Of a stretch of DNA of 64,000 nucleotides, positions 38,691-52,424 are shown one piece after another. The notes under the pieces were generated by a model. It had not been told where the DNA came from, made no database searches, and saw nothing but the letters and a program-made list of their open reading frames with translations. Source of the stretch: Octopus sinensis (Eukaryota); assembly GCF_006345805.1 (NCBI RefSeq), contig NC_043003.1, forward strand, positions 101,928,001 through 101,992,000, written 5' to 3'. Both the position numbers and the translations under genes were made by a program. The stretch's first letter is position 1, and the number at the start of each line of letters is the position of its first letter.

Positions 38691-39029
38691 ATGTGTGTCG
38701 ACTGTGTGAAGGAAGAATTTCCATGCCGAGATACAATGTGTTTAGAAGATGGTTCGTATTTACTCAACTTCTCCCGATGTGCTCGATGCCAGGAACTTGG
38801 CAATCTCTCCATAGAAGACAAGTACTGCTCCGAAGATGAAAGTGGGTTGGAATTAATTACATACCAACATGTTTGTCCGAATTGTGGACACATCATTGCC
38901 AGCCATGAATATTCCTTCACTGTTGAAGATGGTTATATGTTGTACACAATGTCTTGTGCGTTGTGTGGCGAAGCCGAAGATCAACGTTCGGTCTTACCTT
39001 ATGATGATCGACAAAGGTCGTTTTTCTAA
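38691..39029 (+). CDS. CHURC1: Churchill zinc-binding protein, 112 aa, single coding exon
   Basis: MCVDCVKEEFPCRDTMCLEDGSYLLNFSRCARC...ITYQHVCPNCGHIIASHEYSFTV...YTMSCALCGEAED..SVLPYDDRQ follows the Churchill pattern (MC.DCV..E.P.R...CLE.GS.LLNF..C..C; HxCxxCxHxIAxHEY; CxLCGxAED). ATG at 38691, TAA at 39027-29. The track's TTG start at 38643 is upstream low-complexity sequence. Confidence 0.95.
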   Translation: MCVDCVKEEFPCRDTMCLEDGSYLLNFSRCARCQELGNLSIEDKYCSEDESGLELITYQHVCPNCGHIIASHEYSFTVEDGYMLYTMSCALCGEAEDQRSVLPYDDRQRSFF

Positions 39030-39699
39030 TCATATATATATATATATATATAATGTTTAAACCCCCCCCCCCACAGAGACAGGAAACCTAACACCAAATA
39101 TTCCTGCGAACACAACAAACTTTTAACAAGTTATTTCGTTTCAAAACTATCAGTGAAAAGCTTTTGTCTCAAAGAATTTTGCCAATATTCTTACGTGAAT
39201 ATATTTCCTTTAATTTCACTTTCTCACTCTTTCTAGAAAAGTTGTCCAATACCAACCGGCATGTGCCAAATTGTTAGTATATGTGTGTGTTGATATTTCT
39301 TACGTGTGCTTGTATTCTATTTTAAACAAAGGCTAACACTATTTCAGAAACATTAATTCTTATTGTACACAAACACAAGAAATTAACACAATACTAATGA
39401 TTCTGTTGCAGAATTGTCCAGTTTTCAAAAGAAAAATTTACCTCCTGAAGAATACAACAGATTTAGAATAGCATCAAACGTGATTTTTATGATGTTTTAT
39501 AAAATTAATAATAACTATAGAATCAAACTCTTTTATGCAGAAATCACTTCTAATTGTCCTTTAACTCTTACAATTCTAGAACATGGCTTGAATAAGTATT
39601 TCTTAACAAGTAAAAAACTCAGATTTATTGAGCTTTAACAGCATTTGTTAAAGTAAAGCGACTTTAAACGAAAATCGAAACTGCGAAGTACTTGGCTCG

Positions 39700-39965
39700 A
39701 TTTGGTTATGCATTTCGGGTCCACTTCCTATTCTACGTCAGTTGACTTAACCGGAGCCTGGGTTTACCAGCGTTATCTCCCTTGAGCCTGCTCTGTTGCA
39801 TCGTAGATCACAGTACGACCAGACTATCAGATGCTGTTAACACCGCTGGTCACAATGTGCTTCCAATTTTGTTTTCGTTGTGTTCTTCTCCGTCTTGACT
39901 CGAATTGCTTGACTAAATCGTCTTCCCATCGTCGTAGGGGGTCTTCCAAGTGGCCTTTTGCGTCA
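39700..39965 (-). mobile_element. Short RTE-like 3' fragment
   Basis: KRPLGRPP/RWEDDL (one frameshift), typical of RTE C-termini. Confidence 0.5.
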
Positions 39966-40571
39966 TATATAAATATGTGTTTGTGTGTAATCAGTAATAT
40001 ACTGTAGTCATGTTAATAATCCTCTTCCAGAAAACCTGTTTTCACATTTACGTTTGAGTGCCGCCCACTTCCATAGTTAAGGCTTTATATTTGTGTTAGA
40101 AGATATCAACAATAACTCATACTAACAACAGACACACTAGACAATATCGTTTTCCATTAAGAATCCTCACCGTACTAGTAATGTTTAATATTAAACATTA
40201 CGAAATGCAAACACCTCTACAAACAAAACTACATAATTATTTAAGATCATCTTACAACTTCACTCCCCAGCTGGCCAGATCTCACCATCTATATAATGGC
40301 TTCTCATTAACTCTAAGAACCAATTTTCCCTCCATAATGGAGGTCTGTTCTAGTGTGTAAGGTAGGACACTTTAGTCTGTGATTGGTATTTTAAATACAT
40401 TCAGGAAAAAAACTTCACTAAATACTCCGTAACTGAAAATGTTAACTTGTTGGGTCACAGTTATAAAGTTACATTTTCTCTTCTATGGCTGTTATGCAGA
40501 GACTGTTGGCGTCCTCCAACATTTTGAAAACCAATTTTTTAAAATCTGCCACTCTTTCTAATCACTTATGC

Positions 40572-40976
40572 CAATGGTTCTTAACCCAGATGGTAGCACC
40601 ATTTTGTGGGCATTGTGAGATCACAAGTAGTTGAACTCTCTTATGGATGTAGTGAGCTCAAAGGATGTTGTGTGTGGGAAGCACTGAGTATTTAGAAGAA
40701 GGACTGATTTTTCTTAGAAATAAAACATTTAAACCAAATATAATACTTATATTTTAAACACATCAAAAAAATAATTTATCAGGATTAGGATACATGTTGG
40801 ACAGTGAAAAGAAAATGGGATGTGATTGTATAATATGGATAAACTACCACACAAAATGAACTTCTGCTTGATTAAAATAATTTTTCTTTCAAAACTTGTG
40901 AAAGGATATCTGTATAATCTCATTCAATGAAAGGGTGGGAGCAGGGGTTGAAGTACAAAAGCTTGAGAATCACTAG
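40572..40976. mobile_element. hAT/Charlie-like MITE
   Basis: Imperfect TIRs CAATGGTTCTTAA and TTGAGAATCACTAG. Confidence 0.4.
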
Positions 40977-41504
40977 TCTATGGCTGTATTCACTCAAATA
41001 ACACTTGAATATATTACATATCTTTCATTTCAAAGATTGTTCTCATGTAATCTTATTAATGTGGTCCCTAAAATTCTTCAGAATCTAAATTAACTGCAGT
41101 ATTACCATTAATACTCTCTACAGTTCCAGTTTAAAAGGGCTCCTGCAAATTACATCGGTATTCTTCTTTAGACACATCATTAATGGAAACAAAGAAGTCT
41201 TTATGTATTGATGTCAATTAAAATACATTGTTAAATGCCTCGTTAATTTTTCTAAATTATTAAAGAACAGAAAATGTTTTTATGTTGTGTTCGTTACTTT
41301 CTTTTTAAGAATTACTCACGCATTTTTCCATATGAACATAGCTGAGCTATTCTACTTATGTCTTGCACCTGTTGCCTAATTGTGTAAGGATGGGTAATTT
41401 CTGCAAGGATAATATCTACTCATATGAGATAGCCCCCATAAGGTCAATTGACCTACTAGAAATAGCATATAAATCTTCAAATCAATCCTTGTCATTTTAA
41501 ATTA

Positions 41505-42515
41505 TGTAGTTTGTAATATATTGTCTGGACAAAGTTCAGCGAGCTCCTACCATGTGCTGGGTAATGTTCAGAGAGCTATCTATGTTGGTGAGAGCCTCTC
41601 TCACAGAGTGAAAGGCAAACTGTATCATGCCTGTGTACATACAACTATGCTACATGGCAGTGAAGCATGGGCTATGATGACACACAACTTGTGAAGGCTT
41701 GAAAGAAATTAAGCTAGCCTGCTCCTCTGGATGGGTAATGTCTGTGTACACACACCTGACAAAGGGTAAATGATTTAAGAGGGAAGCTGCATATAAGAGG
41801 CATCAGATGTAGTGTGCAAGAGAGAAGACTGTGCTGGTTTGGCCATGTGATGCATATGGATCAGGACAGCTGCTTTAAGAAGTGCTGATCTCTAATTGTG
41901 GAGGGAACATGTAGAAGGCGTAGACCCAGGAAGACATGGGATGAAGTGATGAGAAGGGATCTTCTGATGCTGGGCCTCACTGAGGAAATAATGAGATTGG
42001 GAGGTGTGGCTATTTGCTGTACTTAAGATGCATCAAGTTAAGGAAAATCATGGTATTGAAACACAGGTATGTCCTTTGCAGGTGCTGGTGCCACATGAAA
42101 TGCACCTGTGCTGCTGGCCAGTAAAAAGCACCTGGCATGCTCTGTAAAGTGGTTGGCATTAGCAAAAGGTATCCAGTCATAAAAGTCATGCCAAAACAGA
42201 CAGTTGGAGTCTGGACAGCTTTTTTAACCCTTTAGTGTTCACATTATTCTGCCAAAATTAATGCTTCTCCATCCACATTGTTTTGAACTAATCATGCATT
42301 ATCTTGTAGCTATGAGATTTTGATGAGGTTGCTGTTAATTTTTAAAATGATATTGTAGGGTTGGTGTGAGAGACCAGATCTGGCCAGTTTGAACATAAAA
42401 CGGGCAGAATACTTTTGGCCGGATATGGCTGGTTTAAATGCTAGAGGGTTAAATCATCTAACCCGTGCCAGCAGGGAAAATGGACATTAAACAATGATGA
42501 TGATGATGGTCATGG
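41505..42515 (+). mobile_element. RTE 3' relic (C-terminus plus 3' UTR plus (GAT)n) with nested MITE
   Basis: KGKLYHACVHTTMLHGSEAWAM..., VQERRLCWFGHVMHMD and RPRKTW, followed by a family D UTR. Confidence 0.85.
42228..42448. mobile_element. piggyBac-type MITE, 221 bp, TTAA TSD
   Basis: TTAA|CCCTTTAG ... CTAGAGGG|TTAA. Confidence 0.8.
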
Positions 42516-43908
42516 CTGAAATGCCTAGGTTTGCTCAATTAGAGCTAGCTCTTTGCACTTAGCTTTCAGATCCTTCAGTACTGTCAGCACAATGGGCAAT
42601 GAGCCTTCTCTAAACATCCTGATTGCTTACTTCTGTCTTAACTCCATTCAGGTCAACTCCCATTGCTATCGTGTTACCCTGGGATGTAGTGTACTACATC
42701 TTCCTTCTGGTTTCCACCCCATCATGATAGCAGCATCTCTTTCATGCAATAATTGAAGTACACGGTCAGTAAACACTACCTGTTGCAAACTTTCCCCATG
42801 CCAGTTCTTAGGACTAAACAACAACATAAAGGCAAAAACGTAGATATGAAACAATAACATTTCATAGATCAAACTACATTTCTATTTTCTATGTATAGAG
42901 TCTACAATAATGGTTTCTCTCTTGACTGAGATATTTGACTTACCAACTCATGTCTTAAGGATACCTCACCAAAGTCAAGAGTGGTAGGTTTTCCATCATT
43001 CCCAATGAGTACCCTGTTGTTCAATCTACTGGGTATTAATTCTTGTGAAGTTATTGTGTAAGTAGCTGAGAATTTCACAGGCATGTGTGCCATAATGCAG
43101 TTCTCATTGAATTGGTGCAGTGTGATGTAACAAAACTGGACCTTTGAAATAAAGGGACGGTTATTTCAGTAGGATAGATGCTCTCTTGCTACTTTCTTTT
43201 GTATGTCTGTAGAGTGTGGCAGTGGGCAAGCTTAGATTCAGTCAGAGTGAAGTATTTTGTTGGTCTTCATTTGTCACTAATGGTAGGTTTGGAGGCTAAT
43301 GAGGCTATAACTAGCAATGCTGTTTCTGTAGGTGTGTGTTTTTTTATATGTATTTGTGTTGTAAATATTGAAGAATTGTGTGTGATATGCTATAAAATAT
43401 GATGGTTCCATTATGTTACTGATAAACAGTGAGACAATAGATTTGTGTAGATCCCGTTTTCTTGGTAGTCAAAGTAGGGTTAGAATAACTGTTCAGCTAT
43501 GTCTGAGAAGTAACCACGACACCCTCTGCATATGAAGCAGTGTGTGTTTTTGTGGACATGAGGCAGTCATATAAGCTATTTGTTGAAAAGTGTGGGCAGA
43601 TGAACCTTGTAGAAATAAGTGTTTGTCAAGGATTTTACGTGCTGACAGCTTTTTTATTTTGTAGAATCAGTTGGGAAGTAGTGGTGGATGGATAAAAAGG
43701 AATATAGAAAATACAGTTTGAGCCGAAAAATCTGAAGATTAACTATACTAAGAGTAAAATACTGATTAGTATCTGGGAGTCATCAAGAGCTTAATACAAG
43801 AAGAGTTTAGATGGAGCTGATTATTAAGCTGTGCCTTGCCTCGAGAAAAAAGATTGGATCCTATGCACTATAAATTTTTTCTGTAATCTGATCTGGATAC
43901 AACACAGC

Positions 43909-43989
<81 letters not shown>

Positions 43990-44083
43990 GATCTTGCAGG
44001 TATGAAGTGGATTCGATCCACTGTAGCCAAATTTAAATTAACACTTCAACAGAACTTTTCTCATGGTGGAACAATAGTTTTTC

Positions 44084-44709
44084 TGTGACAGCAGTTTTAT
44101 ATTTGCCAGATTGTCTTAGCCAGGCTAAAATAATGTCTTTACCACTTGCCCCTTCTAACCTCTTATAGACCACCAAAAGCTAGAATTAAGATAACAAGTA
44201 CCACCAACTAAATCCATTGTTCTCATCAATATGTCTATCCTTCTGGATAGTTATAAAAAGAAGAAGCCCCTAGCAAGAATCAGTTAGTCACTTGGTAACA
44301 ACTCAATCAGTTAGTGACAACTCGTGAGTTGAGAGAGAGCTAACATCAGTTAGTGAACCGACCACTAGAATCATGGCCACAAGCAGGCAGACAAACAGCC
44401 AGAGGGAAAAAGAAAGAAGTTTAGAATCAGTGACTATACAAAACCCAACTTCCCACACTCTCTCACCTTTACTAACTCACTTTCTCTTCTCTGCACATTA
44501 CCATATCTTTCTCTACAGTTTACTACTATAATAAGAACATACAGGCCGAAATTAACTTTTTTACTTCGCATGCTCTAGGCTTTTATCAGCTGCTTGTCGA
44601 GGCAAGGTATTGTATAATGTAACAGTAAAAATAAATATTTTCTTCACAACTTCAATCACTGTTCTTTCATCTTTACATAATGGCAATCAACGAAGAACCA
44701 GTCCTTACA
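44084..44709 (+). mobile_element. Possible LTR relic
   Basis: TGT...TTACA ends, TATAAAAA at about 44253 and AATAAA at about 44630. No TSD or clear PBS was found. Confidence 0.3.
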
Positions 44710-45679
44710 AACTGATTACGACTCCGATATTCCATCCTACTGTGTATCAACTATCGTTTTTCACATTATTGTTATACAAAAATTAATTCCCACCCTTACA
44801 CACACACTCACACACACTCACACACACACACAGGGTATCTCAAAAGTCACTGATGGATTTCAATTTTTAATAACTTCTTTAACTTTACAAATAAATGCAT
44901 GAAATTTTGATACACTATAAAGGACATATTGAAAATTAAAATGCACAAGTCAAATTTTGCAAATGACATCACTTGAATGGCAACCATTTTTGGCTTCACA
45001 CACTGTTGCCCTTTCCAAAACTTGCACCCTCAAGAGTTTCAGACCCTATTTCTCTGATTTTTCTATTGATGTTCTCCTTCAGTTGCACCAGGGTCTTTGG
45101 TTTGTTGACATAAACCCTCTCTTTTGGGTATCCCCACAAGAAAAAATCCAGGCTAGTCAAGTCTGGGGAACATGAAGGCCAGTTGACATTGCTGTAGCAG
45201 GAGATTATTCTCTCTCCAAAGCACTGTTGTAGATTTACCTCTCCTTCAGATTTCAGGCCTTGTGTCTATATTAGAAAAATTATTATTATTATCAAGGCAA
45301 CAAGCTGGCAGAATCATTAGCACACCTGCAAAATGCTTAACAGCATTCTGTCTTACTTTATATTTTGAGTTCAAATTCCATAGAGGTTGATTTTACCTTT
45401 CAGAGTTGATAAAATAAATACCAGTTGAACATGGGTTGATCTAATTGACTTTAGCAACCTCCCCTGAAATTGCTGGCTTCAAGCTAAAATTTGAAACCAT
45501 TATTACTATTGTTATTGTTGCTGATATTAAGGTGGTGAGCTGGTGGAAGCATTAGCAGGCCAGGCAAACTACTTTGCAGTATTTTGTTCATCTTTACGTT
45601 CTGAGTTCAAATTCTGCAAGGTTGACTTTGCCTTTCATTCTTTTAGGATCACTATATTAAGTTCCAGTGAAACACTTTT

Positions 45680-48600
45680 GAGTTTTAAAAACAAAAATTC
45701 AATATGACTTTCCAAATTGAGGGGGACTGATTGTTCTTGGAACAGCCATTTTGGTGTTTTGTACCTTCCATTAGTTAATGCGATTGAGAGGCAGAACAAA
45801 GACAACAATAGCAGCAGTAGCAACAACAACAACTGTAACAGAAGCAGCAGCAGCAGTAATGACGGCCAAGATAAAGTTAGAAATGATGCAAGCACAACGT
45901 CCATCACCACCACCACCAACAACACTACCACCACCATGTTAAACACCGATAAAAATAGTAAAGCAATAACAGTTGCTTTTCCAAAGTAGAAACAGTGAGT
46001 TCACACAGATGTAGGTGGAGTTATCAGAAGGGAAGCTGGATAGAATTAAAATGCACCTAACCAAGGCTGGTAGAACAGTCCACCTTAACACACCAGGGGA
46101 GGTGCAAGAAGCAATCTGAAGAAGGAATATCACATACAAATGTATATCCCTGAAGTCAAGAAGACTAGAAAGAGCAACAAAGCCTAGATCAAAAAATGCC
46201 TGAGACTAGTGTGGAATCTAAAATCATATGTCACCCATAGCAAAAGCTTTGTCACAGCAGAAGTAAGGTACTCAACTGAAGAAGTATCCAAAGAAAATTC
46301 CACAACAACCCTAAAAAGGAGGAATTCTACAGGATTCTCACATATCTTGGTTAGAAGGTTTCAAAGTGAAGGTAGCAGAGGTGCCACTAGAAACCGACAT
46401 CTCTATGTTGGCAGCAACCATGTTATATGGCATGGAGGACAAAATGAAGATTTTATAAGTCCATAAAATTAAGAAAGAAAATTGGTATAGTATAGGGATG
46501 GAACTCTTGTTGCATGCTGATTTCACAGGCACAAGAGATTCCCGATTTAAATGATTTTCCAGGAGGCTCAAAACTATTTGTAGTAGTAGAGGACAGAAAG
46601 CTGAGATGCCACATTTGTGGGAAAACAAACCATTTAAAGGCTTTCTGCCCCTCACCAACAAAAGAAAAAACTGCACTGCTGCAGACATTTTCAGCATAAC
46701 AACAACAACAGCAACAGTGCCAGTAGAGGGAGGTGACCACTATGGCAACAAAAACAACAGCAACACCAATCACAGCAGTACTGACAGTAGCAACCCCAAC
46801 AACAACAGTGGAAGCAACTGCAGCAAATAGAACCAAGAACTCACCAATGTATGGCTTCCCAAATTGAGGGGACTGATTGTTCTTGGAACAGCCATTTTGG
46901 TGTTTTGTACCTTCCATTAGTTAATGCGATTGAGAGGCAGAACAAAGACAACAATAGCAGCAGCAACAACAACAACTGTGACAGAAACAACAGCAGCAGC
47001 AGCAATGATGGCCAAGATAAAGTTAGAAATGATGCAAGCACAACGTCCATCACTATTTCCATCACTCACACACCAGAGAGCAACAAGAACAACAATATCA
47101 GAACCTCACCCCATAAAAAACAACAACTTTATCAAAAGAACAGCAAAAAGCTCCACAAGATTTGCTCCTCCTCTGTTCAGAGCACTTAAACATGTCCTGT
47201 GCAGGTGGGGTGGGGTGGGACAAAGAGTGAAAATCAGTAGGTCAAACAAAAGAAACAAAAATACACTGATGTCAACAAAAATCTGGCATGTACAATCAGA
47301 GGGGCAAGACAGTTTCGAAATCAAATACACAAATACCTGCCCCAACAGCAGCCACACCACTATTGTCAACATCATCCCCATCGCTACTTTCACCACCACC
47401 ACCATCACAAGCACAACCCAGTTCATACACTCAACTTTCAGATTGCACATCCAAACACCAGCAAAATTCAAACATTATTAACTACACAGCAATAAACATA
47501 TATATAACCCTACCAACGTCACATACACTGGTTTCGTTACACTAACAAACAACACACCTACACACATAAAAGTCATCCTGACATCACAAAACACATATAA
47601 CACCATAAAAAGTAAATATCCTGAAGAAGTTGGGGATTTCAGGAGAGATACTGACAAAAAATTGTACGAAGAACTGCTCATAGAAACATCCACATATAAC
47701 TATGGGGACATGACAACTATCCCCACCTCACCAAAACCACATCACTGTAGGTAACCCTTTCCACATCTATTCCTTAATCTGATATGGCCTTGCTTAGGAC
47801 AGGCTGTATAAATGCACAATGAGCTGAAGTCACTCTGGAATGAAAACCATCTACTCAATGACCTCAGGTCACTTAGTATTGATGTAGTGGCCATCAGTGA
47901 AACCAGACTCTATAACTGACAAGCATTCGTGCCCATTTTCAGTGGATTTGAGATCTACTTATCTCCATATCAACTAGGAATGGGAAGTGGAACTATAGTG
48001 TTGTCTCGGAGAGGTCTAGACCTCAAGATAAGGACTATCTTGGGGTCAGAAGATAAGTGGTAGTCCTGGATGTGAACAGTAATGACAGGGGCTGATGTCT
48101 GTTTATAATCTAACAGGAGCAGGATAGCTGGACTTCTTCAGATGTCTGGAGATTTTCCTAGGAATGTCTTTAGTGTTAGTGGGCAATTGGAATGACATCT
48201 TAGAGCCACATTTAGACTGTGTGGCTAGTAGATAGAAAAGTGGGGGTTCAAACAAGCCTGTTCAAATATTTCCAACTGACTAGATTTACTAATGTGGACT
48301 TGGATGAATTGCATCAGGTGATTCAGGTCATATCTTGGCAGGACAATTGGTGTAGGCCAGTAGATAAGGATAGTATAAATTCTTCACTTTTCAAACTTGT
48401 TGGCTGCACAGACCACAAATTTGTGATCTGTATGGTCGACCTAGATAGGCTTAGAAGCTGAACATGTCACTCCAGGCATACCAAGCTTACAGAGACTGGA
48501 GTAGAGTGTGAGTTAAACAGGTGTTGACAGGGGGAAATCAACAAGAAGTGGTTGTTTGCCCTAGAAAGTTCAATTAAAGCAGAATCAGTTAGGCTTAGTA

Positions 48601-50450
48601 AAGCATTAGTGATAGAAAGACAAGACATGAAATAGAAAAGAATTTCGTTAGAAACTTAGAAGGGGCACTTAAGAAAGGCATTGCAACAGACGTGCTGGCT
48701 GCAAGATTTCTTCAGGTTGCATTGTCAGAGCTAAAGTGCATGCTCTAAAACAAGAGGGAATGAAATCCACTTAATGGGTCTGAATGACACTGGTGCAATA
48801 TGGAAACAAAACCACAATTTGGTCTTTGGCAGACAAAAATGGATGCACAGTACTTGAACCCAAGCAGATCTGTGCAGCATTTCAGCAGCACTTCACCCAA
48901 CTGTTTGGGAAGAATGGCAGTCCAGAACACAGGATGGACTTCGATGCCTATCTTGATAGTATATCATGACTCTCAGTGACGGGTAGTGGAGAGTATGCTG
49001 ATAACAACTACAGAAATATAGGATGTAATGTTAGGTTGCATGGGGTGGGAGTGGAGGTCAAATCATTGGGTTTGGATGGTCTACCCTACAAGCTTAACTT
49101 GTTTGGCAGTCTCTTAGATATCTACTGCAACTGGGAGCAGAATGTGAGAATTCCTAATTTTGTGAATCAAGGAGTGGTGGTGCTACTGAGAAAGGACCCA
49201 AACAAGGGGGTTCAAACAGAAAATTTTAGGCCCATGCAGATTTCAAAATTTTGGCCATGGTTGTCATTAAGGAACTGATTGGTGATGTACAACTTCCACC
49301 TCATGCAATACATCATAAGCAAGGTGGTTAAGGAACCTGGTATGAGTGGGGTCCTATTCAATTTGGATCAGTCTAAAGCCTTTGATAGGATTGATCACTA
49401 ATACTTGGCAACTGTTCTCATGGCAGCCAGTTTCAGTCCCATTTCCATGGTTAGATCACTGCAATGTACAGCGACATTTGCTCAGTAATTCAGGTGAATG
49501 GTTACCTATCATAATCATTCAACATCATGTATTCAGTCTGTCAAGGGTGATCGCCATTTGTCAGACAAGATTTTCCACAACTCATCTCTTTGTCTGAGCT
49601 GTAGTCCTGAATCAAGCTTAGACTGAGGTTGAGTGCTTGGCACCTGGAGTATCTCCAGATGCTCACAGTCCTCTATCAGTTGGGCAATGCAATCAGTGGT
49701 AGTTCCACTCAGGTGTTTTATAGACTGTTAGTGGTGAGAAAGTGTGGCAACATTCTCAGGGAGCCTCTGAGCATTGACAAACTTTCAGGCTGGGGCCTAT
49801 GGATAACTTCCAGAAATCCCTGGCCTTGCAGTGCTATGAGGGGCATTACTAGTTTGAGATAAGCCCTACAGGCATGAAAGTACCATCAACTGGACTTGTC
49901 TAAGATGTGCACAAAGTGACAAAACTGTTCTGCATGCCCTTATCCAGTGCCTGAGCATTGCTGACTCGTGTGCTGGGAAGGGCAGGTAGTGTTTCTTTGG
50001 TGGCCTTAGTGAAAGAGGTTTTGTGGTGGACCAGGTCAAAAGGGTTGAAGACAGATACTTTCCTCTTTGGCCAAGCTCTCATCAACTTTTCCAAGTTCCA
50101 TTTGAAAAGGAAAGTGAGGGTAGAGAGGGAAATGTTGCCTCCCAGCAATTTTGTTAAAAGGTGAGTGAATGTAGCATGAATGACCTAAGTGAATGGGCCT
50201 ACTCTAAGCATGCACCTCTAGATTGAGGGCAGATGAAGAGGAGAGGGCACCTGCCCTAGAGGTCAGGGTGGTTGTGGTTTTTGTGGTGTTTCCATGAGCA
50301 GTGCTTGGAAGTCTCCCTCTTTTGGGGATTTTAATTGTAATAAGCTCTGTTTTATTCTGTTTTCCCACATTTCATTCCCACTCTTTTTGTATTGTATTGA
50401 TTAGTACCATCCCCAATCTTTCATATGAACCCTCAGTGGTTAATAATAAA
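45680..50450 (+). mobile_element. Decayed Tx1/L1-clade LINE (ORF1 with zinc knuckle, ORF2 EN-RT)
   Basis: ORF1 remnants include the CX2CX4HX4C knuckle CHICGKTNHLKAFC (46607-46648). EN remnants (IDVVAISETRL) lie near 47880. RT-region motifs include LGLDGLPY, VVLLRKDPNKG..ENFRP and DQSKAFDRIDH. Many disablements. Confidence 0.85.
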
Positions 50451-50509
50451 AAAAGATTGTTGTTGTTGTTGTTATTGTTATTATTATTATTATATTATTA
50501 TTATTATAA

Positions 50510-50900
50510 AGGAAAATGTGACCAAGACATATACCAGATCTAAAAACGTATGGCAGTTGGAGCTTTCTTCTAGCAATAAGACAATGCATTTGCATTGATA
50601 ACAATATTTGGGATATTTAACTGGTTTATAGAGGAGATCAATGCCATAGGTATTAAAATAAGCAAGATCCTGTTGACAGGCTTTATCTCAGAAGAAAAGA
50701 ATGGAATGTAGCTTAAGATCAGAGCAGACAACAATTGAATGTCAAAGTATCATTCAGACGGTATCAGCAAAATAACTGCAGCAAAAATAAATACAACTAT
50801 CAAGTGATCAAAAGGGAAGAAAGAAATATCTTATGGGATAGCAGTGAACTCCAGAAGAAGTACTAACTCCTCAACGATCACCAATGCAACCCTAGAACTG
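50510..50900 (+). mobile_element. R4/Dong-like non-LTR relic (thumb region)
   Basis: Degenerate ELSSSNK..AF...FGI..WF.EEI..I.IK..KIL..DRLY.RR. Confidence 0.4.
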
Positions 50901-51644
50901 CTGGATTGTCCCACCTCAAAAATCTAGTAGAGAAATGCCCACCAATCCACAAAAAAGTTGTACATGAGAATGTTTTCTGTAAACTTGAGGTTGATGCTAA
51001 TGTTATGAAATGTGGCAAGTGTCTTCTACTATTGCCCCAGACATTGTTTCTTCCATCAATTTTCTATAACAATGAGAGATATATACTGACTTCATCAGTG
51101 ATGCCATCCTTCACCTCTCTTGTCATAGAAAGAACCACTAAAAATATGTATTAGTTGGTGTGCATAATAAAAATGTTTTAGAGAATAACTGATTCAAATA
51201 TGTGGTTGCTTAGTTCTAAATACGACCTAATCAAACAAAGCGATTGGATCTATGAGTGTCTAATTCTCTCTTTAGAAGGTGGGGGCTCTAGGACTAAATT
51301 CTCAATCATGTCATTTCCTTATTTTAAACAATAAGCTGTGCTTTGCTACTATTTCTAGCAGGTCAAGTGACCACCTAGTGACTGTTTACTCGGTTCATCA
51401 GCTTGAAGGCATTTTAATAGCTAAGATAATCTATGTTATCCATTCATTCAGAACCTCATTTTATTTTACAATTTATGTAAGAATGCATTTGAAAAATAAA
51501 TAAATAAATAAAGAGTTATTGTTGCTTGCAATGTTTGCTTAGATTCAATGTAAAGGCAAAGTATAAAAGGTTATCTGTACTTATCCTTATCTGGAAATTC
51601 AGTTACAACAATGAAAGTTTTTTTTGTTTAAAAAATATAGAACA

Positions 51645-52115
51645 TTCATCATCATCATCATCGTTTAACGTCCGCTTTCCATGCTAGCATGGGTTGGACG
51701 ATTTTGATTGAGTACTGGCAAACCAGGTGGCTGCACCAGGCTCCAATCTTGATCTGGCAGAGTTTCTACAGCTGGATGCCCTTCCTAATGCCAACCACTC
51801 TGAGAGTGTAGTGGGTGCTTTTTACGTGGCACCGGCACAGGGGCCAGTCAGGCAGTACCGGCAATGACCTCGCTCGAATCTTTTTACACGTGCCAGTGAA
51901 ACGACGTTGGTAACGATCATGCTCGAATGGTGCCCTTTTACGTGCCAGGGGTACGGAAGCCAGTTGGCTGCTCTGGCAACGATCACGCTCAGATTGCCAC
52001 CCTACTAGCACATGCACAAGTGCCTGTAAGGCGACGCTGGTAACGATCATACTCGAATGGTGCCCTTTTATGTGCACTGGCACGGAAGCCGGTTAGCCGC
52101 TCTGACCACGATCAC
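51645..52115 (-). mobile_element. Family D element with degenerate internal tandem units
   Basis: (CAT)n tail at 51645, and repeated CGATCA.GCTCGAATGGTGCCCTTT units. Confidence 0.75.
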
Positions 52116-52424
52116 AATGATCATTGTAAATATGAAACCAATATAGAGCAACAGTGAGGACAAGAGATAATGAAACAAACATAAACACACACATACACAT
52201 GCTCATTCTAGGAAAAGATTATTACAAACCTCTTGTTTACTTTATTTGTTGATTGCCTATCTTGTCTGTATAGGAGGATAGTTAAACAATGCCAGGTTTA
52301 GGTGTAAGTTATAGTTTGGGATCTTTTAGATAATCTGCAGGGTTCAAAACAAATTTAAAGGAATTTATTTCCAATTTTTGTGAGACCCAGAGTAATTTTT
52401 TAACAAGGAATTTCCAAACTTTAT

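Noticed and set aside
39660-39965. CpG-rich patch as a promoter or first exon of a neighbouring gene
   Set aside because: It is better explained as an RTE 3' fragment on the minus strand.
43150-43800. Possible minus-strand PLE GIY-YIG relic
   Set aside because: Only an IYCLT-like trace, too degraded to call.
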